The translations under genes and the position numbers were made by a program. The notes beneath the pieces were generated by a model. That model saw only the letters and a list, made by a program, of their open reading frames with translations. It had not been told where the DNA came from and searched no databases. A stretch of DNA of 64,000 bases from Candidatus Obscuribacteraceae bacterium (GTDB lineage Bacteria; Cyanobacteriota; Vampirovibrionia; Obscuribacterales; Obscuribacteraceae): positions 192,001-256,000 of the forward strand of contig JBGAHS010000005.1 in NCBI GenBank assembly GCA_044226015.1. The letters are read 5' to 3'. Below, piece by piece: positions 10,129 through 18,986 of this stretch (position 1 is its first letter; each line of letters begins with the position of its first letter).

Positions 10129-11046
10129 GTGATAGGTACATCAGCAGAAACTTTCGGCAGACTCATAACCGCAATGGTAACTCCTTTTGGAGATGATGGC
10201 AAAATTGATTTCAACGCTGTTGAGCAGCTCGTGGAACATCTCATTCAGAATAAAACCGATACCATCGTTGTTTCGGGTACCACTGGAGAGAGTCCGACTT
10301 TGTCGGATGATGAGAAAACAGAGCTCTTGAAGGCTGTTATCAAAGTCGCTAGAAAACGAGTAAAGGTGATCATGGGCACTGGCTCTAACGATACGCATAA
10401 GTCTATCGTGGCAAGTCAGAATGCTCAGGCACTTGGTGCCGATGGATTACTGCTGGTGGCACCTTATTACAACAAACCAAATCAGGCTGGGCTGAAAGCC
10501 CATTTCGGAGCGATTGCCGGCGCCGTCGATTTGCCCTGTGTTATCTACAACATTCCGGGACGCACCGGAATTACAATTGCTACTGAAACACTAGTACAAC
10601 TCGACGCTGAACATAAGAATATTGTCGCGCTAAAAGATTCAACCGGAAATGTAGAGCAAGCTCAAGAAGTGGCAAGGCTCGCTTCTGCCAAGTTCAGAAT
10701 TTACTCTGGCGATGACAATCTTACTTTGCCATTTCTGTCAGTCGGTGCCTGCGGCGTCATCAGCGTTGCAAGCCACGTTGTTGGAAACGAAATCAAAGCG
10801 ATGACCGACGCGTTCTTTTCTGGAAAAAATGAGGAAGCAAGGATGCTTCATTATAAGTACCTTCCAATATTTAAGGGACTTTTCATTGCACCGAATCCGA
10901 CCTGCGTAAAGTACATGCTGAGTCGTCTTGGGGTAGGCAAAGATCATTTGCGCTTGCCTCTTGTGCCGCTATCAGCACCTGAGCGCGAGCAAATGGATGC
11001 ATTGATGAAAGATTTGAAATTAGCAGCAACTGCTGTACGCAATTAA
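10129..11046 (+). CDS. dapA: 4-hydroxy-tetrahydrodipicolinate synthase
   Basis: GTTGESPTL, PYYNKP, YNIPGRT, LKDS, SGDD. Confidence 0.97.
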   Translation: MIGTSAETFGRLITAMVTPFGDDGKIDFNAVEQLVEHLIQNKTDTIVVSGTTGESPTLSDDEKTELLKAVIKVARKRVKVIMGTGSNDTHKSIVASQNAQALGADGLLLVAPYYNKPNQAGLKAHFGAIAGAVDLPCVIYNIPGRTGITIATETLVQLDAEHKNIVALKDSTGNVEQAQEVARLASAKFRIYSGDDNLTLPFLSVGACGVISVASHVVGNEIKAMTDAFFSGKNEEARMLHYKYLPIFKGLFIAPNPTCVKYMLSRLGVGKDHLRLPLVPLSAPEREQMDALMKDLKLAATAVRN

Positions 11047-11057
11047 CAGGTGAAGAA

Positions 11058-12812
11058 ATGACAGAGAAGCCCGCGGCTAACCTAGGCGCTCCCGGAAGTT
11101 TGAAAATAGTTCCGCTGGGTGGGCTTGCCGAAATAGGCAAGAATACCATGGCAATTATTTACGGCAATGACATGATTCTTGTTGATGCTGGACTAGGTTT
11201 TCCTTCAGAAGACATGCTTGGTGTCGATATAGTATTGCCTGATATCAGTTTCCTTAAAGAACACGAGCAAAAGTTGCGCGGGTTGGCTGTTACTCACGGA
11301 CATGAAGACCATATTGGTGGCATACCATACATGGTCAAGGAAATTGACATTCCTGTCATTTATGGACCTGCGCTTGCTATTGGCTTGCTCGAAGAAAAAT
11401 TGAAAGACATTGGTTTGCACGATCGCACTGTCATGCGACAAGTCAAGCCACGCCAGCAAGTGAAAATGGGATGCTTCACCGTCCAGTTCATTCGATGCAC
11501 TCATTCAATCGCAGATTCATTTAGTTTGATTATCAGAACACCTATTGGCACCATTGTGCATACAGGTGACTTTAAGTTTGACTTTACTCCGGTAGATGGT
11601 GAGCTGTTTGATTTTGCCAGTTTGACTAAAGCGCAGGAAGAAGAAGGTATTCTTCTTTTGATGAGCGATAGCACCAACACAGAAAGAGATGGCTACACAC
11701 CATCTGAACGAACTGTCTGGAAGAAACTGGACGAAGTTTTTGCTAACGCTGAAGGTCGCATCATTGTCACAACCTTCGCTAGCAACGTTCATCGAATGCG
11801 GCAAATCATGCAGGCTGCGATGAAATATAATCGCAAAGTTGCCATTCTTGGGCGCTCTATGTTGAACCTCGCCGGTATAGCCCGAGAGCTGGGTTACATG
11901 AGCTTTCCAGATGGTCTGCTGCTGAAAATTGACGAAATAAAACACTATCAGCCAAGCGAAATTGTGATTATGACTACGGGAAGCCAGGGCGAGCCGCTGT
12001 CGGCACTGACGCGAATAGCAAAGAATGAGCACAAGCAGGTCAAGATAGTTAAGGGTGATACTGTTATAGTGTCTGCCACACCTATTCCCGGAAACGAGCG
12101 ATCGATTGCCAATACTATCAACGAATTGTTTATGCGCGGCGCTGATGTGATTTATGGAAGAGATGCCGGCGTGCATGTTTCTGGTCATGCTTGTAGAGAA
12201 GAACAAAAGCTCATGATTAACTTGTGCAAGCCCAAGTTTTTTATGCCAGTGCACGGTGAATATAGAATGCTCATAAAGCATGCCGCGCTCGCCGTTGAAT
12301 GTGGTGTTCTCGAAGAAAATACCTATGTTATGGAAAATGGCGATGTGCTTGAGCTCTTTAAAGATCGTGGCGCAAAAATTGGTCGAGTCAAATCTGGCAT
12401 TGTGTTGATTGATAATTCCACATCATGGCCTATCGATCATCAGACTGTTCAAGAGCGTCAGCTGCTAGCTGAAGATGGCGTGGTCAATATAGCTTTGACT
12501 GTGTCCGCTAACAGAGATGTAGTTATGGGACCAGATATTAGTATCAGGGGCATTATTTTGCCACGAAGCACAAGCGCTGAGGAATTTCTGGAACAGCTGC
12601 GTGTAGACGTTTTGAAAATTATGGAGAACGATCCATCGATTAAGAAGCTGAACAATGTTGATTTGAAGAGCTATTTGATCGGCAAAATACACAAACATTT
12701 CCAGGAGACAATGCGCTTTACTCCACTCGTGCAGATGCTTTTGCAAGAGGTGTCCTTGAAGGGAACTAGCACAGGACGTTCTTCAAGCAAACGAAGCACT
12801 CAGTCCGATTAG
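11058..12812 (+). CDS. rnj: Ribonuclease J
   Basis: PLGGLAEIGKN, THGHEDHIG, HTGDFK, GSQGEP, HVSGHA, PVHGE. Confidence 0.97.
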   Translation: MTEKPAANLGAPGSLKIVPLGGLAEIGKNTMAIIYGNDMILVDAGLGFPSEDMLGVDIVLPDISFLKEHEQKLRGLAVTHGHEDHIGGIPYMVKEIDIPVIYGPALAIGLLEEKLKDIGLHDRTVMRQVKPRQQVKMGCFTVQFIRCTHSIADSFSLIIRTPIGTIVHTGDFKFDFTPVDGELFDFASLTKAQEEEGILLLMSDSTNTERDGYTPSERTVWKKLDEVFANAEGRIIVTTFASNVHRMRQIMQAAMKYNRKVAILGRSMLNLAGIARELGYMSFPDGLLLKIDEIKHYQPSEIVIMTTGSQGEPLSALTRIAKNEHKQVKIVKGDTVIVSATPIPGNERSIANTINELFMRGADVIYGRDAGVHVSGHACREEQKLMINLCKPKFFMPVHGEYRMLIKHAALAVECGVLEENTYVMENGDVLELFKDRGAKIGRVKSGIVLIDNSTSWPIDHQTVQERQLLAEDGVVNIALTVSANRDVVMGPDISIRGIILPRSTSAEEFLEQLRVDVLKIMENDPSIKKLNNVDLKSYLIGKIHKHFQETMRFTPLVQMLLQEVSLKGTSTGRSSSKRSTQSD

Positions 12813-12878
12813 CACTCCCTTCTGATATCGTCCATGGTGACTGGCTAATCAGAGTCTTAGTTTGTTGGAGAGCAGTAA

Positions 12879-13400
12879 ATGGGGTTCAGTCTTTCCTGGC
12901 TAGCGGTAAATGAGCTTAGCGAGGATGCGATTATTTCTGCGCTAGGATTGCGTAAAACAGGTAAGTCTGATGAAGTTCCTGATTGGGAAATCTCCTATAT
13001 GGAGCAAGGTGCTTGGTGTTTTGTCTTTCTCAATCATGATGACATAGAGAGCGTTAAGCCCTCATGGGTTCAGACCTTATCTAAAAGCACTGAGGTGATA
13101 TCAGTGTTCGTCGAGGAACACGTTATGTATAGCAGAGCCAGTTGCTGGAAGGATGGTAAGCGGGTCTGGAGCGTGGAACATGATAATGAGCGCGGAGGTC
13201 TTGCTGATGTTCGCTCAGAGGGACTGGTGCCAGCTAGTTATCAGACAATTCTTAGTGAATTGTTGCAGCGGACGAAAGAAGACCCTAACCCTTGCGATTA
13301 TTTGTTTGATGCTCCAACAATGCTTGCTCAAGATATTACAAGCTATAAACATGATGAGTCTGGGGAAAGTACATTTTGGGAACTGAGCTCCAAATTGTAA
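12879..13400 (+). CDS. Hypothetical protein (acidic, Trp-rich)
   Basis: 173-aa ORF with GGAG SD; no family confidently recognised. Confidence 0.65.
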   Translation: MGFSLSWLAVNELSEDAIISALGLRKTGKSDEVPDWEISYMEQGAWCFVFLNHDDIESVKPSWVQTLSKSTEVISVFVEEHVMYSRASCWKDGKRVWSVEHDNERGGLADVRSEGLVPASYQTILSELLQRTKEDPNPCDYLFDAPTMLAQDITSYKHDESGESTFWELSSKL

Positions 13401-14888
13401 TTACGTTGTTTTGATTGCCATTGTATTGATGTGTTTAGGCAGTGTAAAAAAGAAAGTACTGCCACCTTCGGGGTTGTCGATAAAACCGATCTTCCCTTCG
13501 TGAGCTTCGGCTATTTTTCTTGCGATTGGCAGCCCCATACCCTTAGCTATGGTTTCGTCTGAGCCCGGCATTTTTCGAAAGCGTTCAAACAATTGCTTGC
13601 GCATTTCTTCAGGAACACCTGGTCCAGAATCTATCACTCTTACTGTGACTTCCGTATCATTCTCTATCGCCTCAATTTGTACTTCACTGCCTGCTTTTGA
13701 ATGCTGTATGGCGTTACACACAAGTATTCGGATTAATTGAGTTATTCTGTCGGCATCGATGCTTAGTTCAGCATTTGTTTCATTCTCAACGATGCGAAGA
13801 TCTTTAGCCTCTGCCAGTTCCTTCAAGGTAGCCGCTGCCTTGCTGATGCAAAACTCTAAATAAGAAGTCTTTCTGTCCAGGTTTAGTTTTCCTGCTTCCA
13901 TTTTTTCCAGATCCAATAAATCGTTGATTACTGAAAGCAGCTCTTCCAGTGTTTTATCTGATTTCAACAAAGTTTCGTTGCTTCGCTCGTTGATTGGACC
14001 AGCAATTCCCATTGTGAGTATCTCGATTGTTCCCCTGATGGAGTTAAGTGGGGTTCTCAATTCATGACTCACCATTGCAAGAAAAGCCTGCCTTTCCTTT
14101 TGTGCTACTTCTATCGCGTCAGCCATTTCATGCATGGCTAGGTCCAATTTCGCAATCTCATCTGAACCAGCCACAACTGGATTCATCGGTTGTTTTGCTG
14201 TCAACCTTCGGGTGTTGTCGGTCATGGTAATGAGTCGAGAAAGAATAGTACGAATGAAATAAGCACTGAGAACCAAAACTAAAATTATGTTGCAGCTTAC
14301 TCCTACCCAGCAGATTGTTTCCAGGTGTTTTCGTCGGTTTGCTTCGATTTCAGGGTAAGTTTTTAGCAAGCTCTCAGCGTCATTCAGTAAGTTCACCGAA
14401 CAGAATTCCCAGTCTCGACGCAGTTTGAGTACATGGTTGAAGACTGCTCCTACAAACGCCATGGCTTGTGTCTTGCTTTCTATTTTTCGAAGACGTTCTT
14501 TACTTTTGTGGACTATACGAAATACCTTGCCCTGTAGCACCTTCATTTTTTCAATGTGGTTCTTCAAGTTCAAGTCTTTTGTGTTATTGGTCAGCCATGT
14601 GGATGTCTTCTTTATTGCTAGTTCGTAATCGTTCGATTGAGCCTCTATCTCCGGGTCTTGAGACTTAGCCCAATTCTCGACGGATTGCTCGTAATCTGAA
14701 AGCAGGAAGACCAGTTTTTGGCTATTGCGTAGCACATCTTTCAAGTGCGATTCGCGGCTAATCTCCTGCTCGGCTAGAAGGAGTTGCCAGCTCAACAATG
14801 CAACAAAAAATACCTCTCCTAAAACGAGCAGAGCAATCAGCGACATACTTTGCGCTGTAAGAGAGAGTGAAGAGAACTTTCTAAGCAT
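13401..14888 (-). CDS. Membrane sensor histidine kinase (TM-periplasmic-TM-HAMP-HisKA-HATPase) with intact phospho-His
   Basis: H-box VSHELRTPL; N-box RILVCNAIQHS, G1 DSGPG, G2 AKGMGL (somewhat divergent). ATG 14888 overlaps the upstream stop. Confidence 0.9.
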   Translation of the reverse strand: MLRKFSSLSLTAQSMSLIALLVLGEVFFVALLSWQLLLAEQEISRESHLKDVLRNSQKLVFLLSDYEQSVENWAKSQDPEIEAQSNDYELAIKKTSTWLTNNTKDLNLKNHIEKMKVLQGKVFRIVHKSKERLRKIESKTQAMAFVGAVFNHVLKLRRDWEFCSVNLLNDAESLLKTYPEIEANRRKHLETICWVGVSCNIILVLVLSAYFIRTILSRLITMTDNTRRLTAKQPMNPVVAGSDEIAKLDLAMHEMADAIEVAQKERQAFLAMVSHELRTPLNSIRGTIEILTMGIAGPINERSNETLLKSDKTLEELLSVINDLLDLEKMEAGKLNLDRKTSYLEFCISKAAATLKELAEAKDLRIVENETNAELSIDADRITQLIRILVCNAIQHSKAGSEVQIEAIENDTEVTVRVIDSGPGVPEEMRKQLFERFRKMPGSDETIAKGMGLPIARKIAEAHEGKIGFIDNPEGGSTFFFTLPKHINTMAIKTT

Positions 14889-16467
14889 GCTTGTTCTCCT
14901 CAATGGAATCAGGCTTCTTCTCCTCTAAGGAAGCCAGCTTATTCTCCTCGTGGGAGTCATACTTCTCTTCTAAAGAAGCCTTTTCGTTCTTCTCTAAGGA
15001 AGCCAGCTTGCTCTCCTCGATGGAGGGAAGTTCAAACCAAAAGGTGCTTCCTTTACCAGGTTCGCTATCGCAGCCAATTTTTCCTCCATGTTGTTCGATG
15101 ATTCGCTTGCAAATGTTCAGTCCAAGCCCTGTTCCTGCTCCACGTTTGCCATCAGCACTGTTGACTTGTTGGAATTTTTCGAAGATGCTTGCAGCTTGTT
15201 CTTTTGGAACTCCGCGACCCTTATCTACCACCGATACTCTCAAAAAGCTCTCTATCTTATCTGCCTTCAACAGCACCTTTTCTTCTTTAGGAGAAAACTT
15301 GGCCGCATTTGACAAGAAATTCACGAGCACCTGAATTAACCTGTTGCTGTCTGCATAGACAACGTGATTTCTTTCGCATTGAAGTTCAATGGAAATCCCT
15401 TTCTTATTTGCGAAATCAACGACTGAGTCGAGTGCGCGCTGCAGTACTTCGTGGAGTTCGACTTTATCCAAGTGCATTCTTATTTTACTGTCAGCACCCG
15501 TTAGGTCTGCTCCAGTTAAATCATCGACGATTCCGACAAGTCGAATGAGATTTCTTTCTCCGCTTCTGAGAAGGTCGCTTCCTTTCTTTGAGAGGTCTTT
15601 TGATTCTTCTTTAAGCAGCACGTCAAAGTTGTTATAAACGTCTTCCAGTGGTTGCGAGAGCTCGTCCCTGAACATGGCTACGTATGAGCGTCGAAGTGTT
15701 TCGTATTCTCTCATCTGCTGTGCCATCGAATGAAACGACTGATCAAGCTGAGAAATTTCATCACTTCCTTTTAGTACAGGAAGTAGTTCTTGTGATGCTT
15801 TCAAACGGCGGGTATTTTCTAGCAGTATCAAGAGACGATTGCTGATGTCTCGAGAAAACATCAAAGCAAGACCGATAGCGAAAATTATATTGATTACTAG
15901 CGCAACGAATACGATTCCTTGCATGTTCCGTCTGATTGTGTCTTGTGAAGCAGGAAGATTGCTCAAGCGTGCCTCCTGAAGTTTCAGGAAATTGATTGCC
16001 AGTGCTTGTAGATGTCTTTTTTTCTCACGTAACTCGACAATACATGATTGCACCAGGCTTGGCTTCTCCTCTTCATTCGCTTTGTCTACTTCCTCTATCC
16101 AATAATCAATGCGGCTGAAAGTCCATTTTGCGTTTTGATGTAGCTCATTCAATAGCTGCTGCTGTTCATGCTCTCTGTCGATGTTCTTTGATAAGTAGTT
16201 CAGCTCATCCAAAATGCTGTTGAAGATTGAGTGGAGGTTCGATTCATTCACCTTTGTTGGCGAGGTACTCCACGCACCTAAAGCTTCATGACCTGAGTAC
16301 AAACCTCGTGTAATTGCCTGGGTGTGCAAATAGATATCTTTGAAGTGAGCTTCTGCCGCAGCTTCGGTCTCTGCTTTGCTCAACTGCTGCTTAATTAGTA
16401 GTCCCATCGCCAACTCGACGGTAAGGAGCAGGAAGATTATTATTAGTCCTTTCCTGGCGATGCTCAT
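14881..16467 (-). CDS. Membrane sensor histidine-kinase-like protein lacking the phospho-His
   Basis: Same architecture as its neighbour; H-box reads FRDELSQPL (His replaced by Asp); canonical NFLSNAAKFS, DKGRG, FEKF and GTGLGL boxes; repetitive C-terminal tail. Confidence 0.88.
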   Translation of the reverse strand: MSIARKGLIIIFLLLTVELAMGLLIKQQLSKAETEAAAEAHFKDIYLHTQAITRGLYSGHEALGAWSTSPTKVNESNLHSIFNSILDELNYLSKNIDREHEQQQLLNELHQNAKWTFSRIDYWIEEVDKANEEEKPSLVQSCIVELREKKRHLQALAINFLKLQEARLSNLPASQDTIRRNMQGIVFVALVINIIFAIGLALMFSRDISNRLLILLENTRRLKASQELLPVLKGSDEISQLDQSFHSMAQQMREYETLRRSYVAMFRDELSQPLEDVYNNFDVLLKEESKDLSKKGSDLLRSGERNLIRLVGIVDDLTGADLTGADSKIRMHLDKVELHEVLQRALDSVVDFANKKGISIELQCERNHVVYADSNRLIQVLVNFLSNAAKFSPKEEKVLLKADKIESFLRVSVVDKGRGVPKEQAASIFEKFQQVNSADGKRGAGTGLGLNICKRIIEQHGGKIGCDSEPGKGSTFWFELPSIEESKLASLEKNEKASLEEKYDSHEENKLASLEEKKPDSIEENKHA

Positions 16468-16769
16468 GCTTTTACCGTTTGGATCCGCTGTCTTTGCGGA
16501 GAAAGAGACAACTAGAGGTCATGGAGGAAGCCCCAACACGGTACTATATTTTCCCTCAATTAGACAGAGATTCCATCTCAAACTTTCTTTGGTGTTAGTG
16601 CATTGGTTTGCTTAAAGTGCTGCCGCCGTTCAAGAGCTTTGCAGCATTTGCCGTGTTTCATAAACATATTAGCTTGATTACTGCCGCCTACTGCAATACA
16701 ATTCAAGTTTATTATCGGCGATTCCTAATAGCGGTAGAAATAACGACCGGTTCGAGATCGAGGGAAGAT

Positions 16770-17462
16770 ATGGTTAAGGTAGTTTCCAGAATTTTGCTAG
16801 CGAGCACTGCTCTTCTTACTGTTATAGCAATTCCTTGTTTCGTATTCGCTGCTAATGCCGCTTATGATCAGGCGATCGGCGCCTACAAAGCAAGAAACTA
16901 TCGAGGCGCAATTCAGGGTTTTCAGACTGTATTGAAGTCCAATCCATCAGACCCTATGGCGCACTATTACTTGGCGCTCTGTTTTCAGGGAACTAATCAG
17001 ATGGCGTTAGCACGTCAGGAATACACGTGGGTGTCCAGTTGCAACAATGCGCAACTTCGTTCATATGCAGCCTCGGGTCTAGCAAATTTGAGTAAATATC
17101 CCAGCTCATATAGTGGGTCGGGTGGACATTCTTCTTTTTCTAGCAACACTGTTGCGATGGCGGGTGGCTCTCGAATTAACGGAAGGTTGAAGGTCTTAGA
17201 GTTCTACGCAGATTGGTGAGGACCGTGCAAGAAGTTCGGTCCGGACTTCGATTACGTTGCTAGTAAATACCGCAGCCAGGCTGAATTTCAGAAGCTTAAT
17301 GGTGAGGATCCAGCTAATGCTGACCTCATGAGCAAGTACAACGTAACGGGATATCCGCGTCTTGTTTTTACTGATTCGTCTGGAAGGAAACTCGATGAAA
17401 TTCGTGGAGCACCAGATCGAAGCAGTTTTGAAAGCGCTGTAAAACAATTTCTCGTCAAGTAG
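16770..17462 (+). CDS. Exported TPR + thioredoxin-domain protein with in-frame TGA (probable selenocysteine, WUGPC), 230 aa
   Basis: Signal peptide and TPR (AHYYLALCF), then EFYADW-TGA(17217-17219)-GPCKKFGPDFD...YNVTGYPRLVFTD...FLVK-TAG. The post-TGA frame aligns with the paralog at 41615-42322. Confidence 0.85.
17224..17256 (+). promoter_or_regulatory. Candidate bacterial SECIS element
   Basis: Upper stem GAAGUUC (17231-17237)/GGACUUC (17243-17249) with GGUCC loop, starting 11 nt after the UGA; lower stem CGUG/UACG. Confidence 0.65.
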
Positions 17463-17470
17463 GTGCTAAT

Positions 17471-17626
17471 CGCCATGATGGCGGTGCTCCCAGATTCGAC
17501 GTCCAAATCAACTAAAATCACATTTCGAGCTTGACCGATATCAGGGAATCTCCCAGGATGCTCCAAGTGATTCGGCTTTGGCAGCGCCTCCATCCTGGCG
17601 GCTTCTACCAGGATGTTAGCGGTGCT
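17471..17626. repeat. REP-like palindromic repeats
   Basis: 17471-17493 (reverse), 17583-17602 and 17608-17626 (reverse) resemble CTGGGAGCGCCAGCATCCTGGTGGCG at 38701-38726. Confidence 0.5.
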
Positions 17627-17639
17627 TTCGATTGTCCAT

Positions 17640-18197
17640 TTATGGTTTCCAATAAATACCGTTTTCGCGTTTGAGAAGTTGCGCACCGATGAGTTCTCTC
17701 CTCAGCGTTGCGAAGTCTTCGTGATGCTTCCCGATAATCTGGTTGACCTGCTTTTCTGGATATTCCTTTTCGTTTTCAAACTGGCTGGCTAAGAATTTGA
17801 GTATCACTTCTCGTTTCTTTCTGCTAGCCGGAATTTCTTTAAGGCGTTCCCCATCAAAAAAGTCTTTCAAAATCTTCCGTTCCCAGGCATCTGACGCCAC
17901 TTCCTCACTAATGGCTGACATTGTGTCAAGCGTGAGGATGCGTTTTGACAAACCTCGAAGTTCTTCGAAGTTGAGACTATACAAATGCGTCGTACCGCTG
18001 CTGCGCATTGTTACTAGCGATACTTCTTTGAGTTTCGAAAGATGATGAGACACTGTTGGTGCTTTAAGACCAAGCAGCTCTGCTAGCTCATCGACATTCT
18101 TTTCTGATGAACTGAGTGCCCCTACTATTTTGAGCCGACTCTCATCCGATAATGCCTTGAAAAAGGTGATTATCTTGCTTAATTCTGGACTTGCCAT
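17640..18197 (-). CDS. ArsR/SmtB-family HTH regulator fused to DUF2087
   Basis: FKALSDESRLKI..ELAELLGLKAPTVSHHLSKL; C-terminal IPASRKKR..YPEKQVN..HEDFATLRRELI. Confidence 0.9.
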   Translation of the reverse strand: MASPELSKIITFFKALSDESRLKIVGALSSSEKNVDELAELLGLKAPTVSHHLSKLKEVSLVTMRSSGTTHLYSLNFEELRGLSKRILTLDTMSAISEEVASDAWERKILKDFFDGERLKEIPASRKKREVILKFLASQFENEKEYPEKQVNQIIGKHHEDFATLRRELIGAQLLKRENGIYWKP

Positions 18198-18216
18198 AAC
18201 TACCTACCGTTTATTC

Positions 18217-18267
18217 TTTGATGTTTGTCTAATTCGATGTGTATCTAAATAGATGTATATCAAATTA
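18217..18267. promoter_or_regulatory. Three tandem 16-bp palindromic operator-like repeats upstream of the ArsR gene
   Basis: GATGTTTGTCTAATTC / GATGTGTATCTAAATA / GATGTATATCAAATTA; each fits an imperfect TAGAT-N4-ATCTA palindrome. Confidence 0.65.
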
Positions 18268-18302
18268 TTGATGCGTGCGAAACTGGCAGATAGCATTTAT
18301 TA

Positions 18303-18836
18303 CTAATTATTATCTGGATTAAGCTGATGAGCGAGATTCTTCCATACTTTCAAAATACGCTCTTCGAATTGAGTGTCCGGCCAGAGCTGTATGAGATAAG
18401 CATCATCGCCTTCAAAGCCCAGCTCGTCGATAGCGTCAAGGTTACTCCAGAAGAGTCGCACGCCATAATTACGCGCAGGCAAGGTCAATTTAAGTGCGTC
18501 TTCGTAGTCAGAGGTACAGCCAGTAATAAGTAACTTCCCCGAGGGAATCTCAATGTTGCATTGCGCTGCGTGATCATAATCACTTAAGTCTGGGTCTGTG
18601 CGCAGGTCTTTTTCATCCATGGGTTTGTCGTAGACTTCAAGCGTTAGATCAATGTCTTGGTCGCGTACGGTGCTAATACCGATGATGCCTTGACCGAAGA
18701 CAAATAACTGAGTTAAAAGGGCGTCGTTCCAGAATTCTGGGTAGTCGCAGTCCTCTATCTGGTCTTGAATTTGAAATTGAAAGTTGTCAGCAAATACCGA
18801 TACATGATGAACCGTTTTGCTTACTTCTTCTGACAT
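18303..18836 (-). CDS. Hypothetical acidic protein
   Basis: 177-aa ORF with GGGA SD-like site; no family firmly recognised. Confidence 0.65.
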   Translation of the reverse strand: MSEEVSKTVHHVSVFADNFQFQIQDQIEDCDYPEFWNDALLTQLFVFGQGIIGISTVRDQDIDLTLEVYDKPMDEKDLRTDPDLSDYDHAAQCNIEIPSGKLLITGCTSDYEDALKLTLPARNYGVRLFWSNLDAIDELGFEGDDAYLIQLWPDTQFEERILKVWKNLAHQLNPDNN

Positions 18837-18907
18837 GACTTTTTCCCAATCGTCTGAATTACCGCGTCCATTATATCAACTGCCCCTGTTGAGTTTCATT
18901 TTGCCCG

Positions 18908-18941
18908 AAAAGCAAACCCCAGAACGTTGGTTCCGGGGTTT
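18908..18941 (-). terminator. Intrinsic terminator after the acyltransferase gene
   Basis: AAACCCCAGAAC-GTTG-GTTCCGGGGTTT hairpin; U-tract on the minus strand. Confidence 0.55.
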
Positions 18942-18986
18942 ATGCTCGAGGTTTTGCTTGTACTGGACTATGACTGTTTGAACTAA

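Noticed and set aside
11517..12281. 254-aa minus-strand ORF inside rnj
   Set aside because: Antisense to a highly conserved gene; no motifs.
17217..17219. Genome-wide UGA reassignment (genetic code 4 or 25)
   Set aside because: mobA, ispD, smc, tgt and atpF end with TGA at the expected lengths, and no other conserved gene here shows an internal TGA, so recoding must be site-specific.
17196..17686. Minus-strand ORFs 17196-17447 and 17288-17686
   Set aside because: Antisense shadows of the read-through thioredoxin domain and the REP-like region; no recognisable motifs.
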